Shown here: positions 1-9,546 of the stretch, piece by piece | Layout of the letters: the number at the start of each line of letters is the position of its first letter | How positions within the stretch are numbered: the stretch's first letter is position 1 | IMG/VR virus record: IMGVR_UViG_3300028372_000005 | Location: 359 to 64,358 of that record | Direction: 5' to 3' (one strand) | Source: a virus | Taxonomy: Duplodnaviria > Caudoviricetes | Length of the DNA stretch: 64,000 bases | Position numbers and translations under genes: made by a program | The notes under the pieces: model-generated | What the model saw: the letters and a program-made list of their open reading frames with translations, nothing else | What the model was told of the DNA's origin: nothing | Database searches by the model: none

Positions 1-1
1 A

Positions 2-79
2 GAGATAGCACGCGAGCACAGCGCCGACGTCTCAAGAGAGGATGTTGAGAAGATACTCATGGAGGTAAGTTGTGAGTGA
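2..79 (+). CDS. 3' end of a gene truncated by the window edge; paralog of the downstream Gly-rich repeat protein
   Basis: Frame reads EIAREHSADVSREDVEKILMEVSCE*, matching EIADEHNVDVSEEDIKKVF in 72..461. Confidence 0.6.
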   Translation, partial: EIAREHSADVSREDVEKILMEVSCE

Positions 80-461
80 CACAGGGAGCAACGGCTACGG
101 CCACGGCTACGGCCACGGCACCGGCACCGGAAACGGCCACGGCTACGGCGACGGCAACGGCAGCAGATACGGCTTCGGCTTCGGCGACGGCGACGGCTAC
201 GGCTACGGCTACGGATACGGCCACGGCACCATCATCGCCACGATCGCAGGATACGAGGTTCGCCGACACACGCCGTTCGCCGTCATCGCAGTAGGATGCG
301 AAACCCACACAATCACCCACTGGAGGGAGCACTGGAGAGAAATCGCTGATGAGCACAACGTCGATGTTTCAGAAGAAGACATCAAAAAAGTATTCACTAA
401 AATCAAAGGAGACCAATGTATCACAAGAGCAACTTTGGAAAATTCGCCCCCCGTGGCGTAG
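72..461 (+). CDS. Gly/Tyr-rich (GYG/GDG) low-complexity repeat phage protein
   Basis: GNGYGHGYGHG...GDGDGYGYGYGYGHG N-terminus plus IAVGCETHTITHW C-domain; GGAGG upstream. Confidence 0.7.
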   Translation: MSDTGSNGYGHGYGHGTGTGNGHGYGDGNGSRYGFGFGDGDGYGYGYGYGHGTIIATIAGYEVRRHTPFAVIAVGCETHTITHWREHWREIADEHNVDVSEEDIKKVFTKIKGDQCITRATLENSPPVA

Positions 462-691
462 CAGACGTGGACGGCTACGTCCCAGAGCCCGACGACGATT
501 GGCGCGACATGCGTTGGGATCTCGGCCCCGACGACCCCGACGAAGAGGGTATCTCCGCCGCCGAGCGTAGAGATAGAACCAAATACTTAGACGAGGAGTG
601 GTGGGTGGCCATGGTCGACAAGGCCAGCGTCGCCACCAAGAGAGCGCAGGCGCGTGTCGAAGAATGGAGGCGGCGGGAGTCCGGCCTTTGA
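416..691 (+). CDS. hypothetical protein
   Basis: ORF with AAGGGAG RBS, overlaps both neighbours. Confidence 0.55.
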   Translation: MYHKSNFGKFAPRGVADVDGYVPEPDDDWRDMRWDLGPDDPDEEGISAAERRDRTKYLDEEWWVAMVDKASVATKRAQARVEEWRRRESGL

Positions 692-1311
692 TCATCCTTC
701 CCAAGCAGGCCTCAACAAACCAAAAACTGGGGGACGGAGTGTACACCACCTACCGCGAGGTAGGGTGTACATGCCCCCAGAGCTGCGCACTTCTTGGAAA
801 CGGCTGCTACGCCCAGCACGGCAACGTGGCGCTTCATGCGCGCCGCGGCACCCAGTCGCCGGTCGACGGCGATATGCTGCTCGGATGGATGGAGTCTCAA
901 ATTCCGCCTGAGAGGCTCGTCAGACACCATGTGTCTGGGGATCTCTTTCGAGACGACCAGCCCGACATGCCCTACATCGAAGCGTTGATGGAAGGGCACC
1001 GAAGGCGTAGCGACCTCGACGGCTGGCTGTACACACACGGGTGGCGCAAGCTGGACGCCCGACGGCTTAATTCATTAAGAAATCTCACGGTTAACGCGTC
1101 GGCCGACACGATGGACGAGGCGCTCGAGGCGCACAGGGCTGGCTGGCCTACGACGGTGGTGGTGGACCCAGACCAGGAGGGAGTCTACCTCAAGGAGGCA
1201 GACACACGCCTGGTCATATGCCCTCAACAGACCCACGACGTCAAATGCTCGGACTGCCAGCTGTGCTTGAAGTCCGAGAGAAAAGCCATCGTCGGCTTTC
1301 GAATGCACTGA
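688..1311 (+). CDS. Cys-rich phage protein (gp88-like, putative metal/Fe-S binding)
   Basis: TTG start coupled to the upstream stop; TCPQSC..GCYA, RHHVSGD, WLYTH, VNASAD, ICPQQ...CSDCQLC motifs. Confidence 0.65.
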   Translation: MIILPKQASTNQKLGDGVYTTYREVGCTCPQSCALLGNGCYAQHGNVALHARRGTQSPVDGDMLLGWMESQIPPERLVRHHVSGDLFRDDQPDMPYIEALMEGHRRRSDLDGWLYTHGWRKLDARRLNSLRNLTVNASADTMDEALEAHRAGWPTTVVVDPDQEGVYLKEADTRLVICPQQTHDVKCSDCQLCLKSERKAIVGFRMH

Positions 1312-1376
1312 AATAACCCTTGCAAAAGCGGGTGTGGGTCCACTACGGTGGGCTCATACCCCTTACTGGAGCTTGT

Positions 1377-3068
1377 ATGAAGCAGTATTTGGAACTGATG
1401 CAACGCATCCTCGACGAGGGTGTTCAAAAGAAAGATCGCACCGGCACCGGCACCCGGAGCATCCACGGTGTGCAGCTCACCCATGACCTGTCGGAGGGTT
1501 TTCCGGCCGTGACCACCAAAAAACTTTGGTTCAAAGGGGTTGTTGAAGAGTTTCTTTGGATGGTAGTTCGGGGATCTACCGACGTAAAAGAGCTCGAAGA
1601 CAGAGGGGTGGGAATTTGGTCAAACTGGCGAGGTGATGACGGCGATATAGGGCCGGGGTACGGGAAGCAATTTCGCCATCATACGCCTGCGCAAAAATTC
1701 GTTCGGGTCGAACCAAGAGTGGTAAAGACAGCGAAGCGGGTGACTAAGCACTTCTCCCTCATTGACCCCGAAGAGCGCGGTGAAGATGCGCTTATTGGAG
1801 AAACCTTACCATCTAAATCCCACGGAGAGTTCAGAGTGCTTCGCTCATACAGAAAAGGCGGTCGAAGCATGGTTGATGTTCAGTTTTTAGATACGGGCTA
1901 CGTCGCAAAAGAAGTCCGAAGGGAGAGAGTTCAAGAGGGCGGAATCAAGGACCGCTATGCACCTTCTGTGTGGGGTGTGGGCCACATGGGTGATATGCTG
2001 CTGGATAAATCCGTTCCTATTCAGGCTCACTTTTACTCCATCTGGCAATCCATGCTGGAGCGGTGCTACAACCCAAGCCATCCAGCCTATGAAAATTATG
2101 GAGGCGATGGAATTTTTGTGTGCAACAGGTGGCTCAATTTCACCAATTTTTTTAATGACCTTAAAAGGCTGCCTAATTGGCATCTCAAGAAAAACGATTG
2201 GGATGGCTATCAGTTAGACAAAGACTACTACTCTTCAAACTGCTACTCACCAAAAACGTGCGTCTGGCTATCGAAAGCACACAACGTGCTATACAGGGGC
2301 GACACGCGTAAGTTTGTCGCTACCATGCCATCAGGTCAAAAAGTCGAGCGCATAAATAGATATGCTTTTGCCAGGAATCACGACTTAAACCCTGCAAATA
2401 TATGGCATGTGCTTCAAGGGAATAGGCAGACCCACAAAGGGTATCGGTTTGAGTATGCGTCCGAAGATACAAATTGGCGCTATGCTTTGCCGTATGACCA
2501 AGTTGAGTCGGTTATCGAGGGGCTCAAAAACAACCCTCAGTCAAGACGTCACATCATCAGCCTTTGGAACGGCCCCGAGATGAACCTGACGACACTGCCT
2601 TGTTGTCATGGGAACATTGTTCAGTTTCTGACGCGACCGCGACCGATGTCCAGGGTGGCGACGGAGGTTAAGGCCACTGGAGGGAGCTGCGACGGTGAAA
2701 AACTCGTCGTGGAGTCAGCCAAAAAGCGCGGTATCCCCACCCACGTCCTCGACTGCATCATGCACCAGCGATCCGCAGACTGGTTGCTAGGAGTACCCTG
2801 GAATATCGCATTCTATGCCATATTTACCCATGTGGTATCACAGCTAACCAACATGACTCCCGGCACCCTGACGATGAACTTCGGCGACGCGCACCTGTAC
2901 AACAATCACCTCGACAAGGCTCGCGAGCAACTCAGCCGGGAGCCGCACGCGCTGTGCGAGCTTGTTCTAAATTCTGGAATACGGAACATCGACGACTTCA
3001 CCTTCGACGACATCGAGCTCGTCGGCTACGAACATCACCCCGCTATCAAAGCAGAGGTTGCTGTATGA
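1377..3068 (+). CDS. thyA: thymidylate synthase ThyA with in-frame HNH endonuclease insertion
   Basis: MKQYLELM..DRTGTGT, TTKKLW, GPGYGKQFR, SRRHIISLWN, LPCCH, HQRSAD, PWNIAFY, GDAHLY, HPAIKAEVAV; ATG at 1377 after GGAG. Confidence 0.93.
   Translation: MKQYLELMQRILDEGVQKKDRTGTGTRSIHGVQLTHDLSEGFPAVTTKKLWFKGVVEEFLWMVVRGSTDVKELEDRGVGIWSNWRGDDGDIGPGYGKQFRHHTPAQKFVRVEPRVVKTAKRVTKHFSLIDPEERGEDALIGETLPSKSHGEFRVLRSYRKGGRSMVDVQFLDTGYVAKEVRRERVQEGGIKDRYAPSVWGVGHMGDMLLDKSVPIQAHFYSIWQSMLERCYNPSHPAYENYGGDGIFVCNRWLNFTNFFNDLKRLPNWHLKKNDWDGYQLDKDYYSSNCYSPKTCVWLSKAHNVLYRGDTRKFVATMPSGQKVERINRYAFARNHDLNPANIWHVLQGNRQTHKGYRFEYASEDTNWRYALPYDQVESVIEGLKNNPQSRRHIISLWNGPEMNLTTLPCCHGNIVQFLTRPRPMSRVATEVKATGGSCDGEKLVVESAKKRGIPTHVLDCIMHQRSADWLLGVPWNIAFYAIFTHVVSQLTNMTPGTLTMNFGDAHLYNNHLDKAREQLSREPHALCELVLNSGIRNIDDFTFDDIELVGYEHHPAIKAEVAV
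1680..2495 (+). mobile_element. HNH-type homing endonuclease domain inserted in frame in thyA, without intein motifs
   Basis: WQSMLERCY, YGGDGIFVCNRW, LDKD..YSPKTCVW..N and C-terminal NUMOD1/IENR1-like FARNHDL..THKGYRFEY; AT-richer than flanks; boundaries approximate. Confidence 0.8.
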
Positions 3069-3283
3069 TGATTCACGTCAGCAATATTCAAGCACCGTGT
3101 TGCGGCGAACATATCCCGCAGCGCATCATCCACGACGGGCGTGAAACCTCCAACCTGGCCGGCTTCGACCTCGACTGGAACAACGAGGCGTTTGTTTGCC
3201 TCTCCTGCCCTGAGTGTGGCCGGGAGTTCGAGGGTGAAATCAGCGTCGGTTATTCATGTGAATTCGAGCCGGTTCAAAAATGA
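3065..3283 (+). CDS. small Zn-ribbon hypothetical protein
   Basis: PCCG and CPECG motifs; ATG overlaps the thyA stop. Confidence 0.55.
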   Translation: MMIHVSNIQAPCCGEHIPQRIIHDGRETSNLAGFDLDWNNEAFVCLSCPECGREFEGEISVGYSCEFEPVQK

Positions 3284-3782
3284 CTGACGTCATAGACATC
3301 AACTGGACCCCATCCGAACGAGCGGCCCGGGCCTGGCTCAAAGGACAAGACCTCGAGCCCTTGATGGTCAAGAGCGCGGCCGGCAAGCGCATATGGATGA
3401 CTCCACATTCGCGGCCGCCACATACGCCAAGAGGTTTCGCGAATTGCGCAAGGAGGCCGCACTTGAGATTATGGACCACGTTCACGAGTCTGCTGAATCC
3501 CCAACGCATCTTGCTCGCCTTATGCGCCGGACGGCTATCGAGAAGCACGGCCGCAAGGTCACACCACAACTCATTCACCATCGGCTCGCCAAGGAGTACT
3601 ATGACGAAAACTAAAGCCACCATCGACCCACACTCGGCGTACTGGTACGCTGAGGTCAAATCATGCCCCTTTTGTGGTGAGCGACACTACCACTGCCTGG
3701 GGCGCAAAAAAGATGAGCCCAACCTCTCGCGTCGCCGGCCGACGTGCGGTGAGGGTAACTACGACCTGGAGCTGGAGGATGC

Positions 3783-4322
3783 GTGCACGAACTGATTGGT
3801 TTTGTAGGATTCAAGCAATCGGGCAAATCGACCGCGGCAAAATACCTGGCCCAGAAACACGGCTACAATGTCATGGCGTTTGCGTACAGCCTGAAGGAGG
3901 CTGCGAAGGTCATCTTCGACCTCACCGACGAACAGGTCTATGACCGGGATGCCAAAGAGACTGTAGACCCTCGCTGGGACAAGACTCCCAGGCGACTGCT
4001 GCAGCTGCTCGGCGGCGAAGTCGGGCGCGCCATCGACAAAGATGTGTGGATTAAATCGCTGTTAGCTCGCATGGGTAACACCTACAGAGTGACCGTCGAA
4101 GACTGTCGTCACCCCAACGAGGCCGAGGCCATCCGGGAGCAAGGCGGGCTTGTGGTCGGCATCTGGCGTGGCGAGGTCGTGCCTGACCCGAGCCCCGACT
4201 TGCATGCCAGCGAGCGCAATATGCTCGACCACTGGGACGCCATGGTCGACGTCACTATCGACAACAACGGCACCTTGAAGGAGCTCTATGAAAGACTCGA
4301 CGAAGTTATTTTCGACACTTAG
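3783..4322 (+). CDS. deoxynucleoside monophosphate kinase
   Basis: IGFVGFKQSGKSTAA P-loop, FAYSLKE, TPRRLLQLLG, DCRHPNEAEAI, HASE, IDNNGT. Confidence 0.9.
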   Translation: MHELIGFVGFKQSGKSTAAKYLAQKHGYNVMAFAYSLKEAAKVIFDLTDEQVYDRDAKETVDPRWDKTPRRLLQLLGGEVGRAIDKDVWIKSLLARMGNTYRVTVEDCRHPNEAEAIREQGGLVVGIWRGEVVPDPSPDLHASERNMLDHWDAMVDVTIDNNGTLKELYERLDEVIFDT

Positions 4323-5277
4323 TAAAGTCTGGGCCGGCGAGGCCAACCCGACCTGGGACGATCTGCACGCGGTCTTTCGTGCCGGCCTGGTCAAAGCTCC
4401 TCCGGGTACGGGCAAGCCCGAGCTGACACCCAACGGGCGCAGGAAGTTCGCGCGGTACGAACTCGCGCGCGCCCGACTCCTGTACGGCAACGGCATGCCG
4501 TACGAGACGATCGACGAAGGCCTCCTGCCAGAAATCATGGAGCTGCCGTTCGTCAAGCCCGAAGAGGGCTACCTCCTGATCGACTCGATGAAATCATCGG
4601 AGCGCCTGTTCGGCCCGGTCGCCGAGGTCGCGGCCGAGGAAGTGATCGAGCGGATTCCTCACATGCGCGACGCGGCGTTGGAGATGACTCGCATTGGGAT
4701 GAAGGAGGCCCCGACCGACTGGGGCGAGTCGCCGCTGAAGAGCTTCGGGGCGAAATTCTTCAGGAAGCTCAAAGCATCCGAAGATCCTCTTGCAGATATC
4801 GCTGATGGGCTCGCTGATGGGAGTCTCGAGATCACAAGTCATAGCTTCGAGCCTGGTGAGGGTTCGACCCTCAAGACCGACCCCATCAAGGTGGGCATCT
4901 ACGAGGATGCGCTCGTCCACACCGTCTCGAGTCACGAATGCAAAAAGGAGAGCATTGTGGTCAATTCATCCGAAGTGCGCGCCAAGCTCGTCGACTTCAT
5001 TCTGGGGGACTGGAAGTGTGTCTACCCGAGGCAAAAACCGACCCAAATGTGGTCGCTCGACATCGGCGCCGGGATGCTAATCTGCGTGCTCCAATGGGAG
5101 AGCGGTGGGCAGTGGAGTGGCTTCGTCGACTTCGACAACAGTCAGATCCGATCGCACCGGTCTTCTGACAAGTTCGACGAGCCGCACGAGGCTGCCCGGC
5201 ACGCCATCGAGCTCGCCAGGGCGACCATCACGCCGGAAGCTGATGTGCTGGGCGGGTTGGAGTACACTGACCTATGA
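4288..5277 (+). CDS. hypothetical protein
   Basis: 329-aa ORF with phage-like codon usage, no recognisable motif. Confidence 0.6.
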   Translation: MKDSTKLFSTLSKVWAGEANPTWDDLHAVFRAGLVKAPPGTGKPELTPNGRRKFARYELARARLLYGNGMPYETIDEGLLPEIMELPFVKPEEGYLLIDSMKSSERLFGPVAEVAAEEVIERIPHMRDAALEMTRIGMKEAPTDWGESPLKSFGAKFFRKLKASEDPLADIADGLADGSLEITSHSFEPGEGSTLKTDPIKVGIYEDALVHTVSSHECKKESIVVNSSEVRAKLVDFILGDWKCVYPRQKPTQMWSLDIGAGMLICVLQWESGGQWSGFVDFDNSQIRSHRSSDKFDEPHEAARHAIELARATITPEADVLGGLEYTDL

Positions 5278-5485
5278 ACGCACATTTCACCAACAACGGC
5301 ATGCGGTCTACCTGGAAGCCCACCGAGGAGCTGGACATCCTGCCTTCGGTGGGCGACGAGCTGCACATCGAGCTCGAAGCTCCTGTTGATCACGACGTAA
5401 GCGTACGCCACATCAAGGTGTGGCGGCGCGTCATCGACTACGACGAAAAATTTATTGACATACACTTTCACTTTATGGACGAACA

Positions 5486-5815
5486 ATGAATTTTGACGAC
5501 TATCAGAACGCAGCATCTAAGACTGCGGTGTACCCAAACCAGGGCGACAACCTCACCTATCCCGCGTTGGGCTTAGCCGGCGAAGCCGGCGAGGTGGCCG
5601 AGAAGGTCAAGAAGATCATTCGGGATGATGGAGGTGAGCTCACTCCGTCGAGAATTTCTTCTCTCGAGAAGGAATTGGGCGACGTGCTTTGGTACGTGGC
5701 CGCGATGTGCCACGAGATTGGCGTGACGATGGAGCAAGTTGCGATGAAGAACGTGGTCAAGCTCCAGGACAGGGTAGCCCGTGGGGCTATTAAGGGTAGT
5801 GGGGACGACCGATGA
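5486..5815 (+). CDS. MazG-like nucleotide pyrophosphohydrolase
   Basis: YPALGLAGEAGEVAEKVKK, ELGDVLWY, N..KL.DR..RG.IKGSGDDR. Confidence 0.9.
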   Translation: MNFDDYQNAASKTAVYPNQGDNLTYPALGLAGEAGEVAEKVKKIIRDDGGELTPSRISSLEKELGDVLWYVAAMCHEIGVTMEQVAMKNVVKLQDRVARGAIKGSGDDR

Positions 5816-6419
5816 ATTTCAAAGCACGCATGCAAATCTCAGAAAACTGGCCCAAGTCCGACATTATTGTCGCCAATGGCCTTGTTGTCGAGCAGCACTA
5901 CAACCCCAAGCAAGCCTACGGGCCCGTGCCGGTCATGGTTGGCTGGAGCATCGACCAACTCCAGAAGTGGATTGACCAGGACTACACCGGATACCATCCG
6001 GAAAATTACTACGAGATGTTCGTGGGCGGAGAGCGTATTTCCAATATCAAGCGGAAGCTGTTGTGAAAATCATCTTCCTCGAACACGCCCCTGACAACGG
6101 GTGGGGCGATCAGATCGGCTTCGGCCGGGATGATGATAATTGGGTGCTCGAGCGCGCCATAATATAAACCTTACACCTGGGAGGCCCCAACCCCCGTACT
6201 TAGAGCGCCATCAAGCCGAGGCGCCATGATATCAAGTAGAAAGCTAGGCCATATATTTAGATGGACGGCCGAAGACGTCACAGACGCTATACCGAGCCCC
6301 GGGGGAGTGATCTCTCGGGGCTAAATATTGTGCCCATATGCGGCATAATGAAGATGCACGCCAGATCGCTGGCGTGTGAATTGTATTCGTGAATACCCAT
6401 CACCCACAAGGATCCACCT

Positions 6420-6731
6420 ATGGAACTCAAAGCACCTGATTATATCGACGCAGAGTACATCGAGATTGACATCGACTGGATGGCTGAAGGCGAGCATGGA
6501 AGCGCGACTCTCGAGCAGCCGGCCGATTGCCCCGAGGTCTGGGTCGACAGCATCGAAGTCTACGCCAACGACGGAGAAATCAAAGACGAAGAGATCATCA
6601 AGCGCATCCTCGAGGACTTCGGCGAAGAGATCGAAGAGGAGGCCTGGGAGATGGCCGAAGAAGCGCGAAGAGAGCACGAGAGCATCACGAGGATGTCCGG
6701 CCGTGACCGATCGAGGTACATGGATCTATGA
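6420..6731 (+). CDS. acidic hypothetical protein
   Basis: ORF after AAGGA RBS, coupled to the next ORF. Confidence 0.6.
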   Translation: MELKAPDYIDAEYIEIDIDWMAEGEHGSATLEQPADCPEVWVDSIEVYANDGEIKDEEIIKRILEDFGEEIEEEAWEMAEEARREHESITRMSGRDRSRYMDL

Positions 6732-6929
6732 AAATATCTGACTGTTGTGCGGCTCCAGTGAGGGTTGGAGGCGAAGGCCTCACCCACTGGTATGTGTGCA
6801 CGAAGTGTTCGAAACCCTGCGAGGGTGAAGACCTGGATAACGCCATCACCGCTGCAGTCTACGACTGGATTAATGACTACGTCAGCATCGAGCTCACCTA
6901 CCTGAAGTACGATGCACCCGAGGAGATCA

Positions 6930-7892
6930 ATGGCACTTAACGACGAACGTATCGTCACGCTTAACTGCGGCCTCGGACGCGACTCGATCGCTATGATTTG
7001 TCTGTGTGTCGAGGGGGCCCTGTGGTCCGAGGACTACGGGGTGATTCGCCCCGAGGACCTCGACTGCGTGGTGTTCTCGAACACCGGCAACGAGTGGCCG
7101 GGGACCTACAAGCATATCCTGGACGTCGGGCGCATCTGTCGCGACCACGACATCCGGTTCCTCGTCCTGGAGAAGGGCATCGCCGCGAACGACAACGACG
7201 TAGAAACCTGGGAAGATGTGGAGTGGCGCGCAGAATACGGCGCCTACCACTACCGGCCGGCCCTGATGGACGACTTCCAGTCCAGAGCCACGGTGGCGTC
7301 TTTGGGGAAAGGCGACTGCACCGATAACCATAAGATCCAGCCGATCCGCCGGATGATGAACGACATCAGCACCGTGCGGTGGGGGCTCAATAACCGCCAG
7401 TGGTCCTACCGGGTCAAGTCCGGGGAACGCGAGCCCCATATCAATATCGTCGGCATTGCGGCCGACGAGACCACACGCATCCCCGACGAGGAGATGGGGC
7501 CTCTGTACTGCACCGAGGCGTACCCGCTGGCGGAGATGGGGCTCGACAAGGCCGATGAGACGCCGATTCTCGAGCGCTGGAATCTAAATTCCGTAAGGAA
7601 ATCAGGGTGTTACATGTGCCCGTACCAACCCGCCGGATGGTACTGGGCGCTTCGGGAGACCCACCCGGGGCTGTACGCCGACGCCGTCGAATATGAGAGG
7701 GTGGCCTTGGAAAGGAACCCGCGCATGGCCGCCACCGGCTTCAAACACAAGGGCGAGCCGATGACGATTCCCGAGGTCGTGGAACGCTGGAGATCTAGGA
7801 ATCCCGACGCCGGCATCGACGAGGTGCTCGACAAGAGCTATTCACGCTGCACCAAAGAGGTGCGCAAAGAACAGAAGAAGGAGTTTTCGTGA
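6930..7892 (+). CDS. PAPS-reductase-family (PP-loop) protein
   Basis: LNCGLGRDS PP-loop, VFSNTGNEWP, CT..HKIQPI, GIAADE, YPL, KSGCYMCPY; AGGAG RBS. Confidence 0.8.
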   Translation: MALNDERIVTLNCGLGRDSIAMICLCVEGALWSEDYGVIRPEDLDCVVFSNTGNEWPGTYKHILDVGRICRDHDIRFLVLEKGIAANDNDVETWEDVEWRAEYGAYHYRPALMDDFQSRATVASLGKGDCTDNHKIQPIRRMMNDISTVRWGLNNRQWSYRVKSGEREPHINIVGIAADETTRIPDEEMGPLYCTEAYPLAEMGLDKADETPILERWNLNSVRKSGCYMCPYQPAGWYWALRETHPGLYADAVEYERVALERNPRMAATGFKHKGEPMTIPEVVERWRSRNPDAGIDEVLDKSYSRCTKEVRKEQKKEFS

Positions 7893-8234
7893 ACCTCGAA
7901 GACATGGCACAGATCCTGCGAGAGCATGACTACACCGTCATCGAACCGACCGACACCCAGACTGAAGAGGAGCTCATCAAGCAGGCCAAGATCACACATT
8001 TGGAGACCGGGGTCATGATAGCGACCGCCGAGAAGATGGGCGAGGCGCTCGGCATCTCGACGATAAGAGCCCACAAATGGTGTTTGGATAAGGAGGTTTA
8101 CTGATGAATATCAAGTACGACAACACCATCGAAAAGATCGACTACGACAAGATTGAGACCATCGACAAGCGCGGCCGTTACGACTGCGATGGCTGGTGCG
8201 TCCTCCAGGGTTTTGAGGGCGAGGATCTAGAGAT

Positions 8235-8500
8235 TTGAAACCACAACATATTGAGATCACCACGCGCCGCGCTCGCAAGCAATACAGATGCTACGAGTGC
8301 GGCTTTTCCATTGGTATCAACGATAGTTATGTCTAACACAAAGGCATCTGGGACGATGGGTGGGAGTGCTACCGGTTGTGCGTCGAGTGCGACTCGTTGA
8401 CTCAGGACTACGGTAGCATCGTGGACGTGGTGCTCGAGGGTGGGTGGGGTACCCATGGTCAAATTCGCTTCATGCCAACATCGATCGACTCACTGACATC
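8235..8500 (+). pseudogene. Zn-finger phage protein interrupted by an in-frame TAA at 8334-8336 (3' end approximate)
   Basis: Reads TRRARKQYRCYECGFSIGINDSYV*HKGIWDDGWECYRLCVECDSL across the stop in one frame. Confidence 0.6.
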
Positions 8501-9110
8501 ATCGAGGGACTTTTGGATGAAATGGACCAAGAAGAATGACCACTGCTACGAGGCCGACACACTGCATGGCATCACTTTTGAGATTTATCGCGACAAGATT
8601 CCCCGCTGCGATGCGCTCGGCCGAGGAAAAGCTCGAGTCTGGGGGCATACACTGCTTCGAGATGGTGGTGCTGAACCTGCTCAGTTTCATCCGTCCTGAC
8701 GTCGAGGGCCACAACCTGGCAGACCGAAGAGACGGAGGTCGGGGATCACCCGGGTGACCGCCTCGACTACCTCGAGCCAGATCAATTACTCGAGTGGCTC
8801 AAGGAGATTTTATGATTGAAAACAAGCACAGAAACAGCCTCGTCGTTTATAAAAAATCGAACGATGAAAAATTCAAAATAGTCATCCGCACTTTCCCAGA
8901 AAGTGAAAAAGCAAAAACTTTGTGGGTATGGACTGATTCTGGATGGTCGAAGTTTTACGAATCGTTAGACGTAAAAACTCGCAGAGAGCAAGGAGGGGCT
9001 CCGAGAGAAAATTTTGAAGAGGACATAAAATCTATCACGGGTGTCATCGACATTTTTTTCTCGTGAAATACACTATGTAAGCATACCGGCCGCTCAGTTA
9101 ACTTCAAATG

Positions 9111-9140
9111 AAAGGAGGCGCTGCGCGGCCTCTTTTTTTT
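9111..9140 (+). terminator. rho-independent terminator
   Basis: GAGGC/GCCTC stem followed by 8 T. Confidence 0.65.
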
Positions 9141-9164
9141 GCAGGAGGGGTCTGAATGGTGAGG

Positions 9165-9490
9165 GTAGACACTTCAAACTGTCTAGTAGACACTTTGTTT
9201 TTGGGCAAGTGTCTACCCCTAAGCCATTGAAAACACTAGGAAACCCATCATTAGTAGACAGTTAGACACTTCCCCCAGAGAGTCTTGAGATAGTAAACTG
9301 CATAAGAATTACCACAAGTAGAAAAAGTATATTATTTATATTGTGTAGTAGGTGGTGGTATATAGGTAGAGTGGTAGAGTATGGGCAAAGTGTCGAAGTG
9401 TCTACCATTTCCGAAAAACCCAATGATATCAATGGTTTAGGGGTAGACACTTAGGGTTTTTGGGAATTTTCGAAGTGTCTACACCTGTCT
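9165..9490. repeat. iteron-like GTAGACACTT repeats in both orientations around an AT-rich core; putative replication origin
   Basis: GTAGACACTT at 9165, 9186, 9443; its reverse complement at 9207, 9396, 9473; partial copies at 9254 and 9263; 24-bp inverted repeat 9207-9230/9429-9452 (1 mismatch). Confidence 0.75.
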
Positions 9491-9527
9491 AAAATAAAAA
9501 AAACCGCCCAGAAAATCTGAGCGGTTT
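9491..9527 (-). terminator. rho-independent terminator of the primase gene
   Basis: AAACCGC..CAG/CTG..GCGGTTT hairpin with an A-run on + (U-run on -). Confidence 0.7.
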
Positions 9528-9546
9528 GAGTGACCAATAAATTTCA

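Noticed and set aside
1680-2495. Intein call for the thyA insertion
   Set aside because: No N-terminal Cys/Ser block A, no TxxH block B and no terminal His-Asn followed by C/S/T
3280-3614. Programmed frameshift joining the ORFs starting at 3280 and 3393
   Set aside because: The overlap is suggestive but there is no slippery sequence; it could be two small genes or an indel
6295-6322. 12-bp hairpin with GTGA loop as terminator or ncRNA
   Set aside because: No U-tract and no other supporting structure; function cannot be assigned
8235-8500. Stop-codon reassignment (alternative genetic code)
   Set aside because: Only a single in-frame TAA; TAA, TAG and TGA all terminate clear genes, and long genes are uninterrupted in the standard code
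9165-9490. Possible CRISPR array
   Set aside because: Repeats are only 10 bp, occur in both orientations with irregular spacing, and no cas genes are present
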